Shown in pieces: positions 38,801 to 48,693 of a stretch of 64,000 nt of DNA (positions within the stretch are counted from its first letter, which is position 1; each line of letters opens with the position of its first letter). The translations under genes and the position numbers were made by a program. The stretch lies in the IMG/VR virus record IMGVR_UViG_3300021400_003144. One strand, given 5' to 3'. This DNA comes from a virus (lineage: Duplodnaviria > Caudoviricetes). The notes under the pieces were generated by a model. It did not search any database. It saw only the letters and a list, made by a program, of their open reading frames with translations, and was not told the DNA's origin.

Positions 38801-41611
38801 ATAAAGTTTATTAAGGATGTAGATGCTTCAAGAGTAAATACTTTACATGAAACATTTAGTGGTTTGAAAAATGTTGAAAGTCTTGAACCTATTAGAAATT
38901 GGAATGTATCAAATGTAACAAACATGCGTAATACATTCAGGGGTATGCAAAGTGTAACTACTTTGGAACCATTAGCAAACTGGGATGTGTCAAATGTAAC
39001 AATTTTATATGGTACATTTGACGGTATGTCAGGTCTTACAAGTATAGATGCAATCAAAAATTGGGATACATCTAAAGCTATTGATATAGAACTGCTATTC
39101 AGAGACGTATCTAATGTTAAGAGTCTTGAGCCTCTTAGAAACTGGGATGTGTCAAATGTGACGAGCATAGAGTATATATTCAATAATATGCAAAGTGTTA
39201 CTAGCCTTGAACCAATAAAGGATTGGGATATATCTAATGTAACTAAACTTGATGGGGCATTTAGAGGAATGACAAGCATAACAAGCTTAGAGCCAATTAG
39301 AAATTGGAATGTGTCAAATGTTACAAGTATGTATAGCACATTTGATTCAATGACAAATGTAACAAGTCTAGAACCAATAAGAAATTGGGATATATCAAGC
39401 GTTGTTGATTTGCATCAAGCATTTAGAAGGATGAGAAGCATAACAAGCTTAGCACCAATTAGTAACTGGGATGTATCCAATGTTATTTATTTAGAAAGCA
39501 CATTTGAAGGAATGACAGGAGTTACAGATTTAGAACCTCTTAGCAATTGGAATACTTCAAATGTAACTAAATTAGCTAAGACATTTTGGGGAATGACTAA
39601 TGTTAAAAGTCTTGATGGACTTGAAGATTGGGATGTATCTAAGGTGGTAAATTTGAGCAATACATTTGAATATATGGATAATCTATTAAGCACTGATGCT
39701 ATTGAGAATTGGAATTTAAGTACTTTTAATTATGCAGATTCTTATTATTCAGCTTATGGATTATTTGCAAGTGACTCAAAGATAAGGAATCTAAACTTAG
39801 TAAGTACAGGCAGATTATTTACTAAAAATACATTTGGTGGTGTTGAAAAATCTCCAGCAAATGTAGTAACTATTACACTTCCAGCCACATATTTAATAGA
39901 TGAATCATTATTCTATGATAACATACTTAATAATGTAGGTTCTGATACTAAGTGGGTTGTAGACGGAGACAATACTGATAATACTTATACAAAGGCAGAT
40001 ATATATGCACGTTATCAAGACAATGTACAGAGTAACATAGATAATAATACAAATAACACAATAAAATTTATATTGTTATCAAGTATAAGTGCTGATGTAG
40101 ATATATCAAAAGAAGTTCCCGCAGGTACCTATGGTATTTATGATGAGGACAAGAACCTTATAGCAGAGTTAGAGTCAAATGATGATAATATCATCACAAC
40201 AATAATTAATGTAGTGAAGAATATAAAAGATACTTTCATTTACTACATTAAGCAGTTAACTATAACTGATGAAGATTATAATGTAGATGGAGATTATCAT
40301 CAATTTAAGATTGTAGCTACACCTAGTGAGTTAGATGATACTTTAGACACTGAAGTTGTAGGCTTAGAAGATATAAAGTTTAATAATACACGTAAAGTAC
40401 CAATACCTTCACAGTTAGATGAGGAAACTATTGAAATTGAGGTAGATGACATTATAGATGAAGCAGTAGACTTAGATGATAATATGTCAGATACAGCAAG
40501 GACCTTCAATGTTCTAGAATATGTTTATGAGAATCACGATGAAGATTACTTTAAACGTTCCTTAAAGACTAAGGGTGCCAAGAGCATGTATAAGTACACC
40601 TTTGATGATACTAAGAACCTTCATATAGACCTTGAAGAAAATGAGGACGACAGTGACTATTATGACTTAAGCATGTACACAGACAATAATACAGATGAAA
40701 TTAATTTCAATATTCCTGATGAAGTTCAAGAAGAATTGATTGATGCTGGAATTACTGATGTTAAGCTTACCAAGATAAATATTAAGTTTAATAGTAGTGT
40801 AGCTACAGGCTCTGAAATTCCTAAGGATAACAATGATGATAGTAAAGGTAACACTGGTAAGGCAACACCATCAGAGTTAGATAAGGACACTGATGATAAC
40901 ACTGATAGTGGTAAAGCTACACCATCAGAATTAGATAAGAACACAGATAATAATACTGGTGACACTGGTAATACTGGTAATACTGGAGATACTGGTAATA
41001 CAGACAATAAGTCTGGTAGTTCTGATAACAATTCTAATGTTTCAGATAATAACACTGGTAGTAACGATGATAAGTCAAATAGTTCTGATAACAAGTCTAA
41101 TAAAAAGAATAAGAAGGACAGTGATGAGGATACTGATAACAGACCAGCTTATGATGGAGATTGGATTGACTTAAATGGTAAGAATAAGAATGCTCCTATG
41201 AGTAAAGCTGGTGGTGCAAGGTTTAAGATTTGGAAAACATCATTATATATCAGAGATGAAAGAAGAACACTTCCTGTACATGGACGTTCAGGTATCTATA
41301 GGACTTATCAGTTTGATAAAGATGGAAATCTAGTATATGGATGGGCTAAAGACCCTAAGACACATAAATGGCATTACTTTAATGAAGAAGGTGCTGAGGT
41401 ATACGGATGGAATATCATAGATGGTAAGTGGTATTTCTTTGATAATGACATGAGTAGCACTTCAAGAGGAGAGATGCTAAGTAATTGTTACATAAAGAAT
41501 TGTCACTTAGGACTAGATGGAGCTTTAATAAAGGAAGAAACACCATCAGAAATAACTAAAAATGCACCATTATCTGAGATATTAAAAGTAGCTTTAGATA
41601 AGGCAGAGTAA
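35867..41611 (+). CDS. giant BspA/DUF285-like leucine-rich-repeat surface protein (1914 aa)
   Basis: Signal peptide; two arrays of ~26-aa WDTSxVTxLxxTF repeats; two InlB-B-like repeats (KEGYTFIGW, KSGYAFGGW); shared C-terminal module. Confidence 0.9.
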   Translation: MNIICKLKKLIISLVAMLFICGFTSFASEATFIGSPTVGKSCRFNDLINSIRSRSYVTEIKWSDTAPDSGVTTVNVGDNSGESILAWADENTIYLYTEADKVYMPKDSTAFLRKFTKLTNLDFLTNVDTSKVTDLDYAFSDMNSITSLDGLSNWNIPKVTSLYSTFSNMTSVTSLNGISTWNTSNIEALSFTFKGMSSVTSLDGISNWDTSKVTRLYCTFEGMSSVTNLDGISNWNTSNVTTLYNAFKGMSSVTSLDSLSNWDTSNVTDLESTFENMSSVTSLDGISNWDTSKVTTLAHTFYGMSSVTNLDGISNWNTSNVTVLSYTFYKMSKVDNIDSLSGWDTSKVTYLVSTFGRMTTVHNLDGISNWNTSNVTTLSGTFEKMSSVTSLDGISNWDTSKVTNLVCTFEEMSSVTSLDGISNWNTSNVTTLRGTFEEMSSVTSLDGISNWDTSKVTNLVDTFYGISVTNLDGLSNWNVSNVTTLDYTFRDMHSVTNLDGLSNWNVSNVTTLLYTFENMKSVTNLAGLSNWNTSNVTRLEGTFKGMSSVISLDGLSNWNTSNTTNILYAFEYMTSVTSLDGISNWDVSNVIKTSGCFKDMKKLKNTDGIQNWDLTKITITSSGMFSGDTAIEELNLASLNKSYAANDPFAVSNTNPSPANIKTFVPPTKLVVTKDIFNNKILNSISNSAIWIVEGSPDTVYTKAEIYNLYKDNVQSNIDNGTNNIIKFIKCHSITYNYSGGTKVDTNNKYPTTYTEDSVIKVSDIGTVSKEGYTFIGWSVNGSTEIKSNPDDILINGGTTNVTLKANFVQCPSITYNYNGGLKTDSDSNYPAYYVPGSTITVSDIGGVSKSGYAFGGWLVTPGNGKAKVKDTDVIIDSTTTGDVTLKATWKIAEATLSGSFTTKLNKLFASIKKIEYIRWSDIAPDTSITTVNVDSGNKGYIKAWASGNTVYLYSEAAKVYLPDSCYQLFSGLYGLKDIKFIKDVDASRVNTLHETFSGLKNVESLEPIRNWNVSNVTNMRNTFRGMQSVTTLEPLANWDVSNVTILYGTFDGMSGLTSIDAIKNWDTSKAIDIELLFRDVSNVKSLEPLRNWDVSNVTSIEYIFNNMQSVTSLEPIKDWDISNVTKLDGAFRGMTSITSLEPIRNWNVSNVTSMYSTFDSMTNVTSLEPIRNWDISSVVDLHQAFRRMRSITSLAPISNWDVSNVIYLESTFEGMTGVTDLEPLSNWNTSNVTKLAKTFWGMTNVKSLDGLEDWDVSKVVNLSNTFEYMDNLLSTDAIENWNLSTFNYADSYYSAYGLFASDSKIRNLNLVSTGRLFTKNTFGGVEKSPANVVTITLPATYLIDESLFYDNILNNVGSDTKWVVDGDNTDNTYTKADIYARYQDNVQSNIDNNTNNTIKFILLSSISADVDISKEVPAGTYGIYDEDKNLIAELESNDDNIITTIINVVKNIKDTFIYYIKQLTITDEDYNVDGDYHQFKIVATPSELDDTLDTEVVGLEDIKFNNTRKVPIPSQLDEETIEIEVDDIIDEAVDLDDNMSDTARTFNVLEYVYENHDEDYFKRSLKTKGAKSMYKYTFDDTKNLHIDLEENEDDSDYYDLSMYTDNNTDEINFNIPDEVQEELIDAGITDVKLTKINIKFNSSVATGSEIPKDNNDDSKGNTGKATPSELDKDTDDNTDSGKATPSELDKNTDNNTGDTGNTGNTGDTGNTDNKSGSSDNNSNVSDNNTGSNDDKSNSSDNKSNKKNKKDSDEDTDNRPAYDGDWIDLNGKNKNAPMSKAGGARFKIWKTSLYIRDERRTLPVHGRSGIYRTYQFDKDGNLVYGWAKDPKTHKWHYFNEEGAEVYGWNIIDGKWYFFDNDMSSTSRGEMLSNCYIKNCHLGLDGALIKEETPSEITKNAPLSEILKVALDKAE
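36235..37740 (+). repeat. intragenic tandem array, ~19 x 78 bp
   Basis: Recurrent ATGTCATCTGTAACAAGTTTAGATGGGATTTCAAATTGGGATACTTCTAA framework. Confidence 0.9.
38790..39730 (+). repeat. second intragenic LRR array, ~12 x 78 bp
   Basis: SLEPIRNWxVSNVT repeats, more diverged at DNA level. Confidence 0.85.
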
Positions 41612-41652
41612 TTAAAATTTCATAAGTGTATAACAAATGATGCAGGTTTAAT

Positions 41653-41701
41653 AAAAAGTGCTAGTATTTAAGCTAAAGAAGCTTAGTACTGGCACTTTTT
41701 T
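41653..41701 (+). terminator. intrinsic terminator
   Basis: AAAAAGTGCTAGTA/TACTGGCACTTTTT stem. Confidence 0.75.
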
Positions 41702-41763
41702 AATTCAAATAATCTAAAGTATGTTTAAGTTATATAAAAGAGTTAAAGTGAGGTAGTGAGGTT

Positions 41764-42630
41764 ATGCAGGCTAAATGTATAGGTAGGGCTAAGGATAGCA
41801 AGGGATTGACAATATATAAATTAATAGATGTAAATGGTAATACAGCTATTAAATCATATGAATGGGTGCATAAGCAACTAGATGACAGAGATAATGGTAG
41901 ATTAGGCTCTTTAGGTATAGATATAATTAATTTAAAGCTTAGTAGTGATGGCAAGATTCTGGAGAAAAAGAATACAGATACAGCATACAATGATGTACTA
42001 AATAAAGTGTTGCGAAGTAAGCTTGAAATTACCTTAGGTGATGCTTTTAATTTAGCAGCTAGGCTTGATGTATGCTATTGCATGACGGATTTAATAAACA
42101 GAAAGTACAATGAAAATCTTGAGGATATAATAGAGGATGAATTTGACTGTGCATACAATGATGGACAAGAACAGTTTAATTACTTTAATGAACTAAGTAA
42201 AAAGTCTGAAAATAAAGGATTGTTACAAGCACTTTTATATAAAGCAATTATGAAGTACAGGAATAAAGTAGTTAATACTATATTATATAGAGGAATGACT
42301 GTTGAAAATTCAGAGAGACTTGGAATAACTATAGATAAGCTTGATAATAAGGTAGTCAGTTTTGGTAATCATGTTTCTTTTGTTGAGGATAAAGCAGAAG
42401 CTATTAGATACATAACAGGTGAGCTAGGATTCATTTCTGAAGGTTCTGATGTAGCATTGGTTAGATTAAATACATCAAAGTGCAGAGTGCCAGTCTATGG
42501 AGTAAAGTTTGGTGCAGAGTGTGAAACTTTACTAATAAATAAAGATATACAGATGGGATTCAAACTAGTAGGTAAGAGGCAGCATGGAGGAAAGAATGTC
42601 TATTTTTATGATTGTTATGAGTTAAGATGA
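41764..42630 (+). CDS. hypothetical protein with ADP-ribosyltransferase-like C-terminus
   Basis: TILYRGMT, HVSF, AECETLL (R-S-E pattern). Confidence 0.55.
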   Translation: MQAKCIGRAKDSKGLTIYKLIDVNGNTAIKSYEWVHKQLDDRDNGRLGSLGIDIINLKLSSDGKILEKKNTDTAYNDVLNKVLRSKLEITLGDAFNLAARLDVCYCMTDLINRKYNENLEDIIEDEFDCAYNDGQEQFNYFNELSKKSENKGLLQALLYKAIMKYRNKVVNTILYRGMTVENSERLGITIDKLDNKVVSFGNHVSFVEDKAEAIRYITGELGFISEGSDVALVRLNTSKCRVPVYGVKFGAECETLLINKDIQMGFKLVGKRQHGGKNVYFYDCYELR

Positions 42631-42686
42631 GCAGAGAAAGATAGAGGTTTGTCTAAAAGAATTATTAGTAGGAATATAATTTAAGG

Positions 42687-42725
42687 AATGGTAGTAAGTT
42701 TAATGCTAGACTTACTACCATTTTT
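42687..42725 (+). terminator. intrinsic terminator
   Basis: AATGGTAGTAAGT/ACTTACTACCATT then T tract. Confidence 0.8.
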
Positions 42726-42780
42726 GTATATAGACTATAATATAATTATAGATATAAAATGGTTATATTAATTTGTTCTT

Positions 42781-43725
42781 GTGGAGGTCATTATGTATAT
42801 GTTTGAGGACATAAGCGAAGATATTGAATCTATTAATAAATTTAGGAATCTTAACTATGATAGAAATAGTGTAGAAAAGGCTTATACTAAATATGTAAAT
42901 AGTAGTACAGCTGAGAATGATGGTGAAATACAATTCTATGCTATAGAAGAAGCTAAAGTAATAAAGATAGGTAATATAGAAAATAGTGGAGTACCTATAA
43001 GAGAAAATTTAGAGCTTTTGTATTATGATTATATATCAGTTAAGAATACAGGTAGTATTGCTGTTGGGAACTTTACAGCTATGAGTTCCAGAAATGACAT
43101 TGACGACAATGAAGTTGACTGGTATGGATTAAATGTGACACTTAGTGATGTAGTCGAGACTATAGACTTATCAGATTTGAAATGTGATGGGAAATTGTTT
43201 ATAGTAAGATTGTTCAGATGTAAGAACTTTAAGAACATAATATATCCAAAAGATGCAAATATTAATGTTAAGGTTATAAATGAGAAGTATCTTGTATCAT
43301 ATATGTTGGACTTTGAAGAGTTTACAGAGTTTCAGCCTAATGGATATTTAACAGTTCCAATAGGAACATATAAGCAGCCTTGCTTAGAAGATAAGAATTT
43401 AGGTTTAAAGGGTTATCTGTTAATAAAATATGATAACATAGGCGATAAGATAGACGATATAGGATTTATTGATGGAGACTTAAAAGATGGAACAAATGAG
43501 CTAATAGGCGGTATGCAATACACTATAGAGAATGATTGTGAATATGGAAATTGCACGTGTAAAGAATCTATAGACTATGGTGCTCATTTAGATATATATG
43601 ATTTAGTACAGAATGATTATAAAACAAGCACTAATAGAATATTAGATAATGTAAATAAGCTGATTGATAAATTATTAAGTGATGAAGATTTTAAGCAGGC
43701 AGTTATAAATTATAAAGGATTATGA
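42781..43725 (+). CDS. hypothetical protein
   Basis: 314 aa; start probably at the ATG after GGAGG (42793). Confidence 0.75.
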   Translation: MEVIMYMFEDISEDIESINKFRNLNYDRNSVEKAYTKYVNSSTAENDGEIQFYAIEEAKVIKIGNIENSGVPIRENLELLYYDYISVKNTGSIAVGNFTAMSSRNDIDDNEVDWYGLNVTLSDVVETIDLSDLKCDGKLFIVRLFRCKNFKNIIYPKDANINVKVINEKYLVSYMLDFEEFTEFQPNGYLTVPIGTYKQPCLEDKNLGLKGYLLIKYDNIGDKIDDIGFIDGDLKDGTNELIGGMQYTIENDCEYGNCTCKESIDYGAHLDIYDLVQNDYKTSTNRILDNVNKLIDKLLSDEDFKQAVINYKGL

Positions 43726-43727
43726 AT

Positions 43728-43766
43728 AAATAGGGATAGGTTGTAAATAGACCTATCCCTATTTTT
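43728..43766 (+). terminator. intrinsic terminator
   Basis: AAATAGGGATAGGT/ACCTATCCCTATTT. Confidence 0.8.
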
Positions 43767-43824
43767 ATGAATGAGTTTAAAGGCATATAAGAGTAAATAA
43801 ATAGAAAAATTTTTAATTTTAGTA

Positions 43825-43853
43825 TTGAAAATTTATAAATTAAGTGTTATTAT
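43825..43853 (+). promoter_or_regulatory. sigma-A-type promoter with extended -10
   Basis: TTGAAA-17 nt-TATTAT preceded by TG. Confidence 0.65.
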
Positions 43854-43873
43854 ATAGAAGTGAGGTAAGGATA

Positions 43874-44827
43874 ATGAGAGATATTGATAGAGTAAGAAGG
43901 GCAATAGCAAGAAGAAATAGTAACTATGATGTTTGGAATACACTATATGGATATGTATGTGCAATAAGTTTAGCTTATGTTTGTACAATGGGAATACTAA
44001 GTATGCATAATGGTATGGAAAAGATGCTTAGTGTTGAGAGGTATTCTGTAAGCCAGGAGCTTGTAAATAGAGTGGCTGAAGATGCTGAAAAGGTATTCAG
44101 AGCTAATGAAGCAACTGGTGAGACAGTGGAGCTTCCAATAGTATCAATTACTGATTCTTATGTTTCACCTTTTGGAGCTACTAAATTTGAGGTTAGTAGA
44201 GATTTAGAATTTGAGGACGTTTCAGAAGATTTGAGTAGAGCAGATATACTAGCTGAAATATATAAGCCAGAAGTTATTGATGAAAGAATTGAAGCATTAC
44301 TTGATGCTGATGGAACTATAGTAGTTGAGAATAATCCATTTGGAAAAATAAATGGTGCAACTGGAATTTATTATGATTTAAGTGATGCTGAAATTACTCA
44401 GATAGCTAGATTATGTACTCAGGAACAAGGATATAGTGTAGATGGTGTTCAGGCAGAGGCTTCATTGATGCTGAATAGATATGAAAAGCATGGAAGCGAG
44501 TACAGTAGTCTAATGAGTTATATTCGTAATAGTGGTTGGTGGAGCAACTCAGATTATTACATGGATAATGGTAAAACTACTGATGAACTTGTAGAAGCTG
44601 TTAGAGAGGTAGTTAATGGAGATAGATTCTTTCCAGCTAATGTTGATGAGCATGATTGTTTGAGAGATATTATAAGCGTAAGCAATAATGGAGTTGAGTT
44701 TGACGTTTATGATAAGTCTCAGTACATTAGTGGTGTAACTAAGATAAGGAATAGATACCATAGTGTGTATACTTTCTATACATTCCCTACTGAGAAGTCT
44801 GACCCATTTGGAATGATAGAAGCATAA
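43874..44827 (+). CDS. membrane-anchored cell-wall hydrolase-like protein (SleB/Hydrolase_2-like)
   Basis: TM segment; QIARLCTQEQG...VQAEASLMLNR; ATG 43874 after GAGG. Confidence 0.6.
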   Translation: MRDIDRVRRAIARRNSNYDVWNTLYGYVCAISLAYVCTMGILSMHNGMEKMLSVERYSVSQELVNRVAEDAEKVFRANEATGETVELPIVSITDSYVSPFGATKFEVSRDLEFEDVSEDLSRADILAEIYKPEVIDERIEALLDADGTIVVENNPFGKINGATGIYYDLSDAEITQIARLCTQEQGYSVDGVQAEASLMLNRYEKHGSEYSSLMSYIRNSGWWSNSDYYMDNGKTTDELVEAVREVVNGDRFFPANVDEHDCLRDIISVSNNGVEFDVYDKSQYISGVTKIRNRYHSVYTFYTFPTEKSDPFGMIEA

Positions 44828-44876
44828 AAATAAGAAGGCGTCGCGAATAAAAATATATAAGGATATATTAAAGAGT

Positions 44877-44922
44877 AAATGACATTAGGGGAGTTGAAGA
44901 AGCTTTTCTAATGTCATTTTTT
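44877..44922 (+). terminator. intrinsic terminator
   Basis: AAATGACATTAG/CTAATGTCATTT. Confidence 0.75.
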
Positions 44923-44953
44923 ATTAGAAGTCTAAAAATAATTTAAAAATATA

Positions 44954-44982
44954 TTGATTTTTATATAAAATAGTGTTATTAT
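44954..44982 (+). promoter_or_regulatory. sigma-A-type promoter with extended -10
   Basis: TTGATT-17 nt-TATTAT preceded by TG. Confidence 0.55.
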
Positions 44983-45028
44983 ATATTTAGTTGATATAGG
45001 TGGATATTTTATTTATTGAGGTTTAAAT

Positions 45029-45571
45029 ATGGGAAATGTAACATTTAAAGAAGTAAATAAGGCATTCAGAGATCTGAGAGTTTTGTATATTTTAGGTAGC
45101 AATCTTAAGAGTTTTAAAGATTATGAGCGTAATATGATTAAGGTTGACATTAAGGAATTGAAAGAGGACTTCAATGAGTTTGTAAGGAAGTTCCTGTATG
45201 ATACACCTTTAGCAGGATGTTCATTTGAGATAGAAGGATATGGCTATGATACTGTGCAGGCTATATTTAAGACAAGATACAATGATAAGTATAAGATATA
45301 CTTTCAGATGTTCATTGATATAGATGAAGATACAGGAGAAATATATGCTATATCTTTTGGTATAGGAAGTAATATCACTGATAATGGTGAGGAGGTTTAT
45401 ATAGAGAAACGTATAGACAAGGATTTTGATAAGAATCTAGCTAAGGCACCTCAGGTTATAACAAGTATATACAATAAGTTTGTAAAGGCTTGGGAAAAAG
45501 ACAATCTACAATACTTAAAGGACAAGGAGTACAAAGGGTTAAGCATTACATATATGGATGAAGATTTTTAA
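45029..45571 (+). CDS. hypothetical protein
   Basis: GAGG RBS. Confidence 0.8.
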   Translation: MGNVTFKEVNKAFRDLRVLYILGSNLKSFKDYERNMIKVDIKELKEDFNEFVRKFLYDTPLAGCSFEIEGYGYDTVQAIFKTRYNDKYKIYFQMFIDIDEDTGEIYAISFGIGSNITDNGEEVYIEKRIDKDFDKNLAKAPQVITSIYNKFVKAWEKDNLQYLKDKEYKGLSITYMDEDF

Positions 45572-45890
45572 GAGTGACTCTTTTATTTAGACTAAACTAT
45601 GTTATAAAGTGAAAAATATTAATTGGGTTTATGGCATAAAAGTAGAGGTAGACTCATGAAACATAACTATTATATTGAATTTGGTTCTCAATTAAATGAG
45701 CAATACTCATTACAAAATGGAAATATGGTTTCTGAAACACCCAAAGAAGCTTTAGAGAGGTACTTAACAGATTATACTATTACATCTATAAAAAAGGTAA
45801 ATAACAAATATCATGAGATATAGTTAATGAAGCAAAAGACTTATATCCTAATGGAAAACGCTTTAGGCAAATATTAAAGGAGTTTATATA

Positions 45891-46298
45891 ATGTTTAGTT
45901 CATCATTAAATAGAGAATGTGATACACTAGGTAACTGTTTTGTATTAGCAGGTCAGGATGGTTGGGATACAAAAGACTTTGTAAATAAGCTTTTCAAAAC
46001 AAGTTGGGGTAAAAATATATTAACAGGTAAAGCAGTAAATGAATATGCTTGTGACACCTTTATGTATGAGGGGCTGAAGCGAGAGTGTAAGAAAAAAGAT
46101 GGCACAGTACTACCTAAGCAAGTATTATGGTTCTGCGGTTATTTATATAGATATTTGGCAGCCAATACAAATATTAAACCATCACAGATATATAAGATAG
46201 CAAAAGTAGACTTATTAAATAATCGCTGGGGTTTTTACCATACTCAAGACTGGGAATATATCAAAGAAGATTTATTGAGTGGATATAAATCAGAATAG
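45891..46298 (+). CDS. putative antitoxin-like protein of the type found beside DUF3990 genes
   Basis: AAGGAG RBS; LWFCGYLYRYL...FYHTQD pattern. Confidence 0.55.
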   Translation: MFSSSLNRECDTLGNCFVLAGQDGWDTKDFVNKLFKTSWGKNILTGKAVNEYACDTFMYEGLKRECKKKDGTVLPKQVLWFCGYLYRYLAANTNIKPSQIYKIAKVDLLNNRWGFYHTQDWEYIKEDLLSGYKSE

Positions 46299-46448
46299 CA
46301 ACATATAGCAATACCATAAAAGGACATGTACATAGCAATCAGTTCTTTTATAAAGTGAAAAAGAAATTATGTTTGATATTATACTACTCTTTAGATAATA
46401 GCATACTATCTAAAAACATTTTCAATGCATTATAGGTGGGTAATATTT

Positions 46449-46688
46449 ATGACTAGTACTAATACTGAGACATTAGCTGGATTGACATATCTGTATGATT
46501 TGTATATTAATGAGATATGCAAGCGTAGAAATATAGGCTGGGATGAATTTAAGGTACTTAATCAAAAATATGGCATACTTAATACAATAACCAAGTTCAG
46601 TGAAGAGTTTAATGAGTGGGATATAGAGGATGGTATGAAATATTTTGATAAATATGTATTTAAGGATGAAAGAAATGTTTACAGCTGA
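46449..46688 (+). CDS. DUF3791-like small protein
   Basis: INEICKRRNIG...KYGILNTI..FSEEFN pattern; likely start MTSTN. Confidence 0.45.
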   Translation: MTSTNTETLAGLTYLYDLYINEICKRRNIGWDEFKVLNQKYGILNTITKFSEEFNEWDIEDGMKYFDKYVFKDERNVYS

Positions 46689-46842
46689 GCAGTTAAGCAA
46701 ATTATCACTTGAAGAACTTGAAAAACTATACAGAGAAACACCAGAACCAGAAGTACCTACATTAAAAGAACTCGAAAATATGAATGTAGGCATATATGAT
46801 GAAAAAGGTAAGCTAATAGGTGAACTTGAAGAAATCAGATAA
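46645..46842 (+). CDS. small hypothetical protein
   Basis: ORF ends just before a terminator; start uncertain. Confidence 0.5.
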   Translation: MINMYLRMKEMFTAEQLSKLSLEELEKLYRETPEPEVPTLKELENMNVGIYDEKGKLIGELEEIR

Positions 46843-46845
46843 CTT

Positions 46846-46884
46846 AAAAATAACACTAGTTGAATAAGCTAGTGTTATTTTTTT
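46846..46884 (+). terminator. intrinsic terminator
   Basis: AAAAATAACACTAG/CTAGTGTTATTTTT. Confidence 0.8.
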
Positions 46885-46959
46885 ATTTGAAAATACTTCT
46901 AATAGTATAAATGTAGATTTTAATTTTAAATTAGTTTATTATTTATAGGAGATATAATC

Positions 46960-48576
46960 ATGGGTAAGATTGAAGATTATTTAATGGATACAGCAAATTG
47001 GAAAAAGACTCATAAGAAGAAGTATGATGTCTATGTTTGTATGCCAAATGATGGCACAGTAGTTGAGAACTTCTTAAAAGGAGCTAAGTATACCACTAAT
47101 CAGAACACTCCATTTGTATTAAGTGGTACTGTTGGAGAACAGTGGGTTATAGACTTTAAGGAGTTAGCTAAGACATATACTTTTGCTGATGGTACTGAGA
47201 TAAATGAAGTAAATTTAAAGAATAAAATGCAAGGTGGTACACTTCCTTGGATTAAGCTGACAACTAGAGCAGATGCAGGAACAGTATGGAGTTGCCATTT
47301 ACCTACAAGTGTTAAGAATTACCCTATAAAGACATCTCGGGGAGCTGTATTACAGGCTAATAGAGATGGAGTTAAGCATGGATATGGTGATTTTATCATG
47401 GCTTCTGATAATGGTGGAGCACCTAATTTAAAGGATGTATGGGTAGTTAATGGTATAATATTCCCTAGAACATATGACCTTCATGCTTATGCTAATAAGT
47501 TCCCAGATAGTGTAACAAATGCAGAAACAGTTGTTCCAAAGCCTTTAGCTAGTGGTAATGCAGCTGAGCAGGTTTTACCTAAGATATACAAATGGTTTAA
47601 GAGTAACTTTGAGAGTAGAGCACAGGTAAAATTATTAAATAATCAGGTTGATGATTCAATAAGTCCTAAGATTGAAGTTAAAGTCAATGATAAAGTATCC
47701 GGACAGTACTTTATGTCAGTTGATGAGGATGGAAAGGTTGATGCAGAGTTCTGGATTACAGGACCTGCTTATGATAAATTTAGTGAGGGTGGATTCTTAT
47801 TTACTACACATGATATAGATGTACCTACTGGACCTAAAGATGACTGGATTGAATTTAGAGACCATATATTACTTCGCATGAATGAGGCAAGTAAGAAACA
47901 GAAGAGAGATTTATATGATGCAAATAAGATTGCAAAGGCTTTAAGTGCTAGAGGTCATAGAATTGGTAAGATAGTTGATGATACTAATGATAACTCAGTA
48001 TCATTCAAGTTTGATAATGGTAAGTATGGCGTAATGGTCAGAGATGATGCCAATGCTGGTACATTTTTATCATTATTTGGAACAAATGAGAGCAATGAGT
48101 TTGTAGAAATACTTGGTTTCTTCTTAGATGATTCTGGAATAGAAGATGCTGTTGATAAGATACATAATGTAGCAAGTGGTAGTGCAAAAGGTAAAGATGT
48201 AGTACAGAGAGCTTATAATGAGACTAAGGGTTATTATGATAGCATATATGTAGATGGAAAAGACGTAGACGAATTTGATAATGACTCTTATGCACAGAAT
48301 TGTAAGTATGCTTATCAGGCTATGCAGAAAGCATTTGGAACTAGAGGATTTGAGATAAGCAATCCTAACTTCAGTGCTTGTGATACTGAGGATGCTTTGG
48401 AAGTATTCAGAATATACAAGATAGGTAAGAGTGATGCTCAGGTAATAGTTATGAATCAGGAGCTTGTGTATGCACGTGATGGCGAGGGTATTATAGATTC
48501 AATACCATTACCTGATAGACATAATAAGAATGACTGGAAGGCAGCTCTTAGTTGGATAGTAAAAGTATTGAAGTAA
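46960..48576 (+). CDS. hypothetical multi-domain protein
   Basis: AGGAG RBS; 538 aa. Confidence 0.85.
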   Translation: MGKIEDYLMDTANWKKTHKKKYDVYVCMPNDGTVVENFLKGAKYTTNQNTPFVLSGTVGEQWVIDFKELAKTYTFADGTEINEVNLKNKMQGGTLPWIKLTTRADAGTVWSCHLPTSVKNYPIKTSRGAVLQANRDGVKHGYGDFIMASDNGGAPNLKDVWVVNGIIFPRTYDLHAYANKFPDSVTNAETVVPKPLASGNAAEQVLPKIYKWFKSNFESRAQVKLLNNQVDDSISPKIEVKVNDKVSGQYFMSVDEDGKVDAEFWITGPAYDKFSEGGFLFTTHDIDVPTGPKDDWIEFRDHILLRMNEASKKQKRDLYDANKIAKALSARGHRIGKIVDDTNDNSVSFKFDNGKYGVMVRDDANAGTFLSLFGTNESNEFVEILGFFLDDSGIEDAVDKIHNVASGSAKGKDVVQRAYNETKGYYDSIYVDGKDVDEFDNDSYAQNCKYAYQAMQKAFGTRGFEISNPNFSACDTEDALEVFRIYKIGKSDAQVIVMNQELVYARDGEGIIDSIPLPDRHNKNDWKAALSWIVKVLK

Positions 48577-48611
48577 TAAGAATAGAGCATAAAGCATAGA
48601 AGATTAAGATT

Positions 48612-48640
48612 AAGCACCTATAGAAATATAGGTGCTTTTT
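48612..48640 (+). terminator. intrinsic terminator
   Basis: AAGCACCTATA-GAAA-TATAGGTGCTT then T tract. Confidence 0.85.
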
Positions 48641-48664
48641 ATTGTAAATATTTTTAAAAACTAC

Positions 48665-48693
48665 TTGAAATTTAGAGTAATTTGTGATATAAT
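48665..48693 (+). promoter_or_regulatory. sigma-A-type promoter with extended -10
   Basis: TTGAAA-17 nt-TATAAT preceded by TG. Confidence 0.75.

Noticed and set aside
40780-41140. GDTGNT/ATPSE short repeats as an independent DNA repeat element
   Set aside because: They are in-frame low-complexity linker of the surface protein, also seen at 35100-35330 and 62660-62950.
44836-44846. GC-rich GGCGTCGCGA island in AT-rich intergenic DNA
   Set aside because: Single short occurrence with no partner or structure found.
45623-45823. 66-aa ORF as a confident gene
   Set aside because: Uncertain start, no motifs, and it lies in a region that looks eroded.
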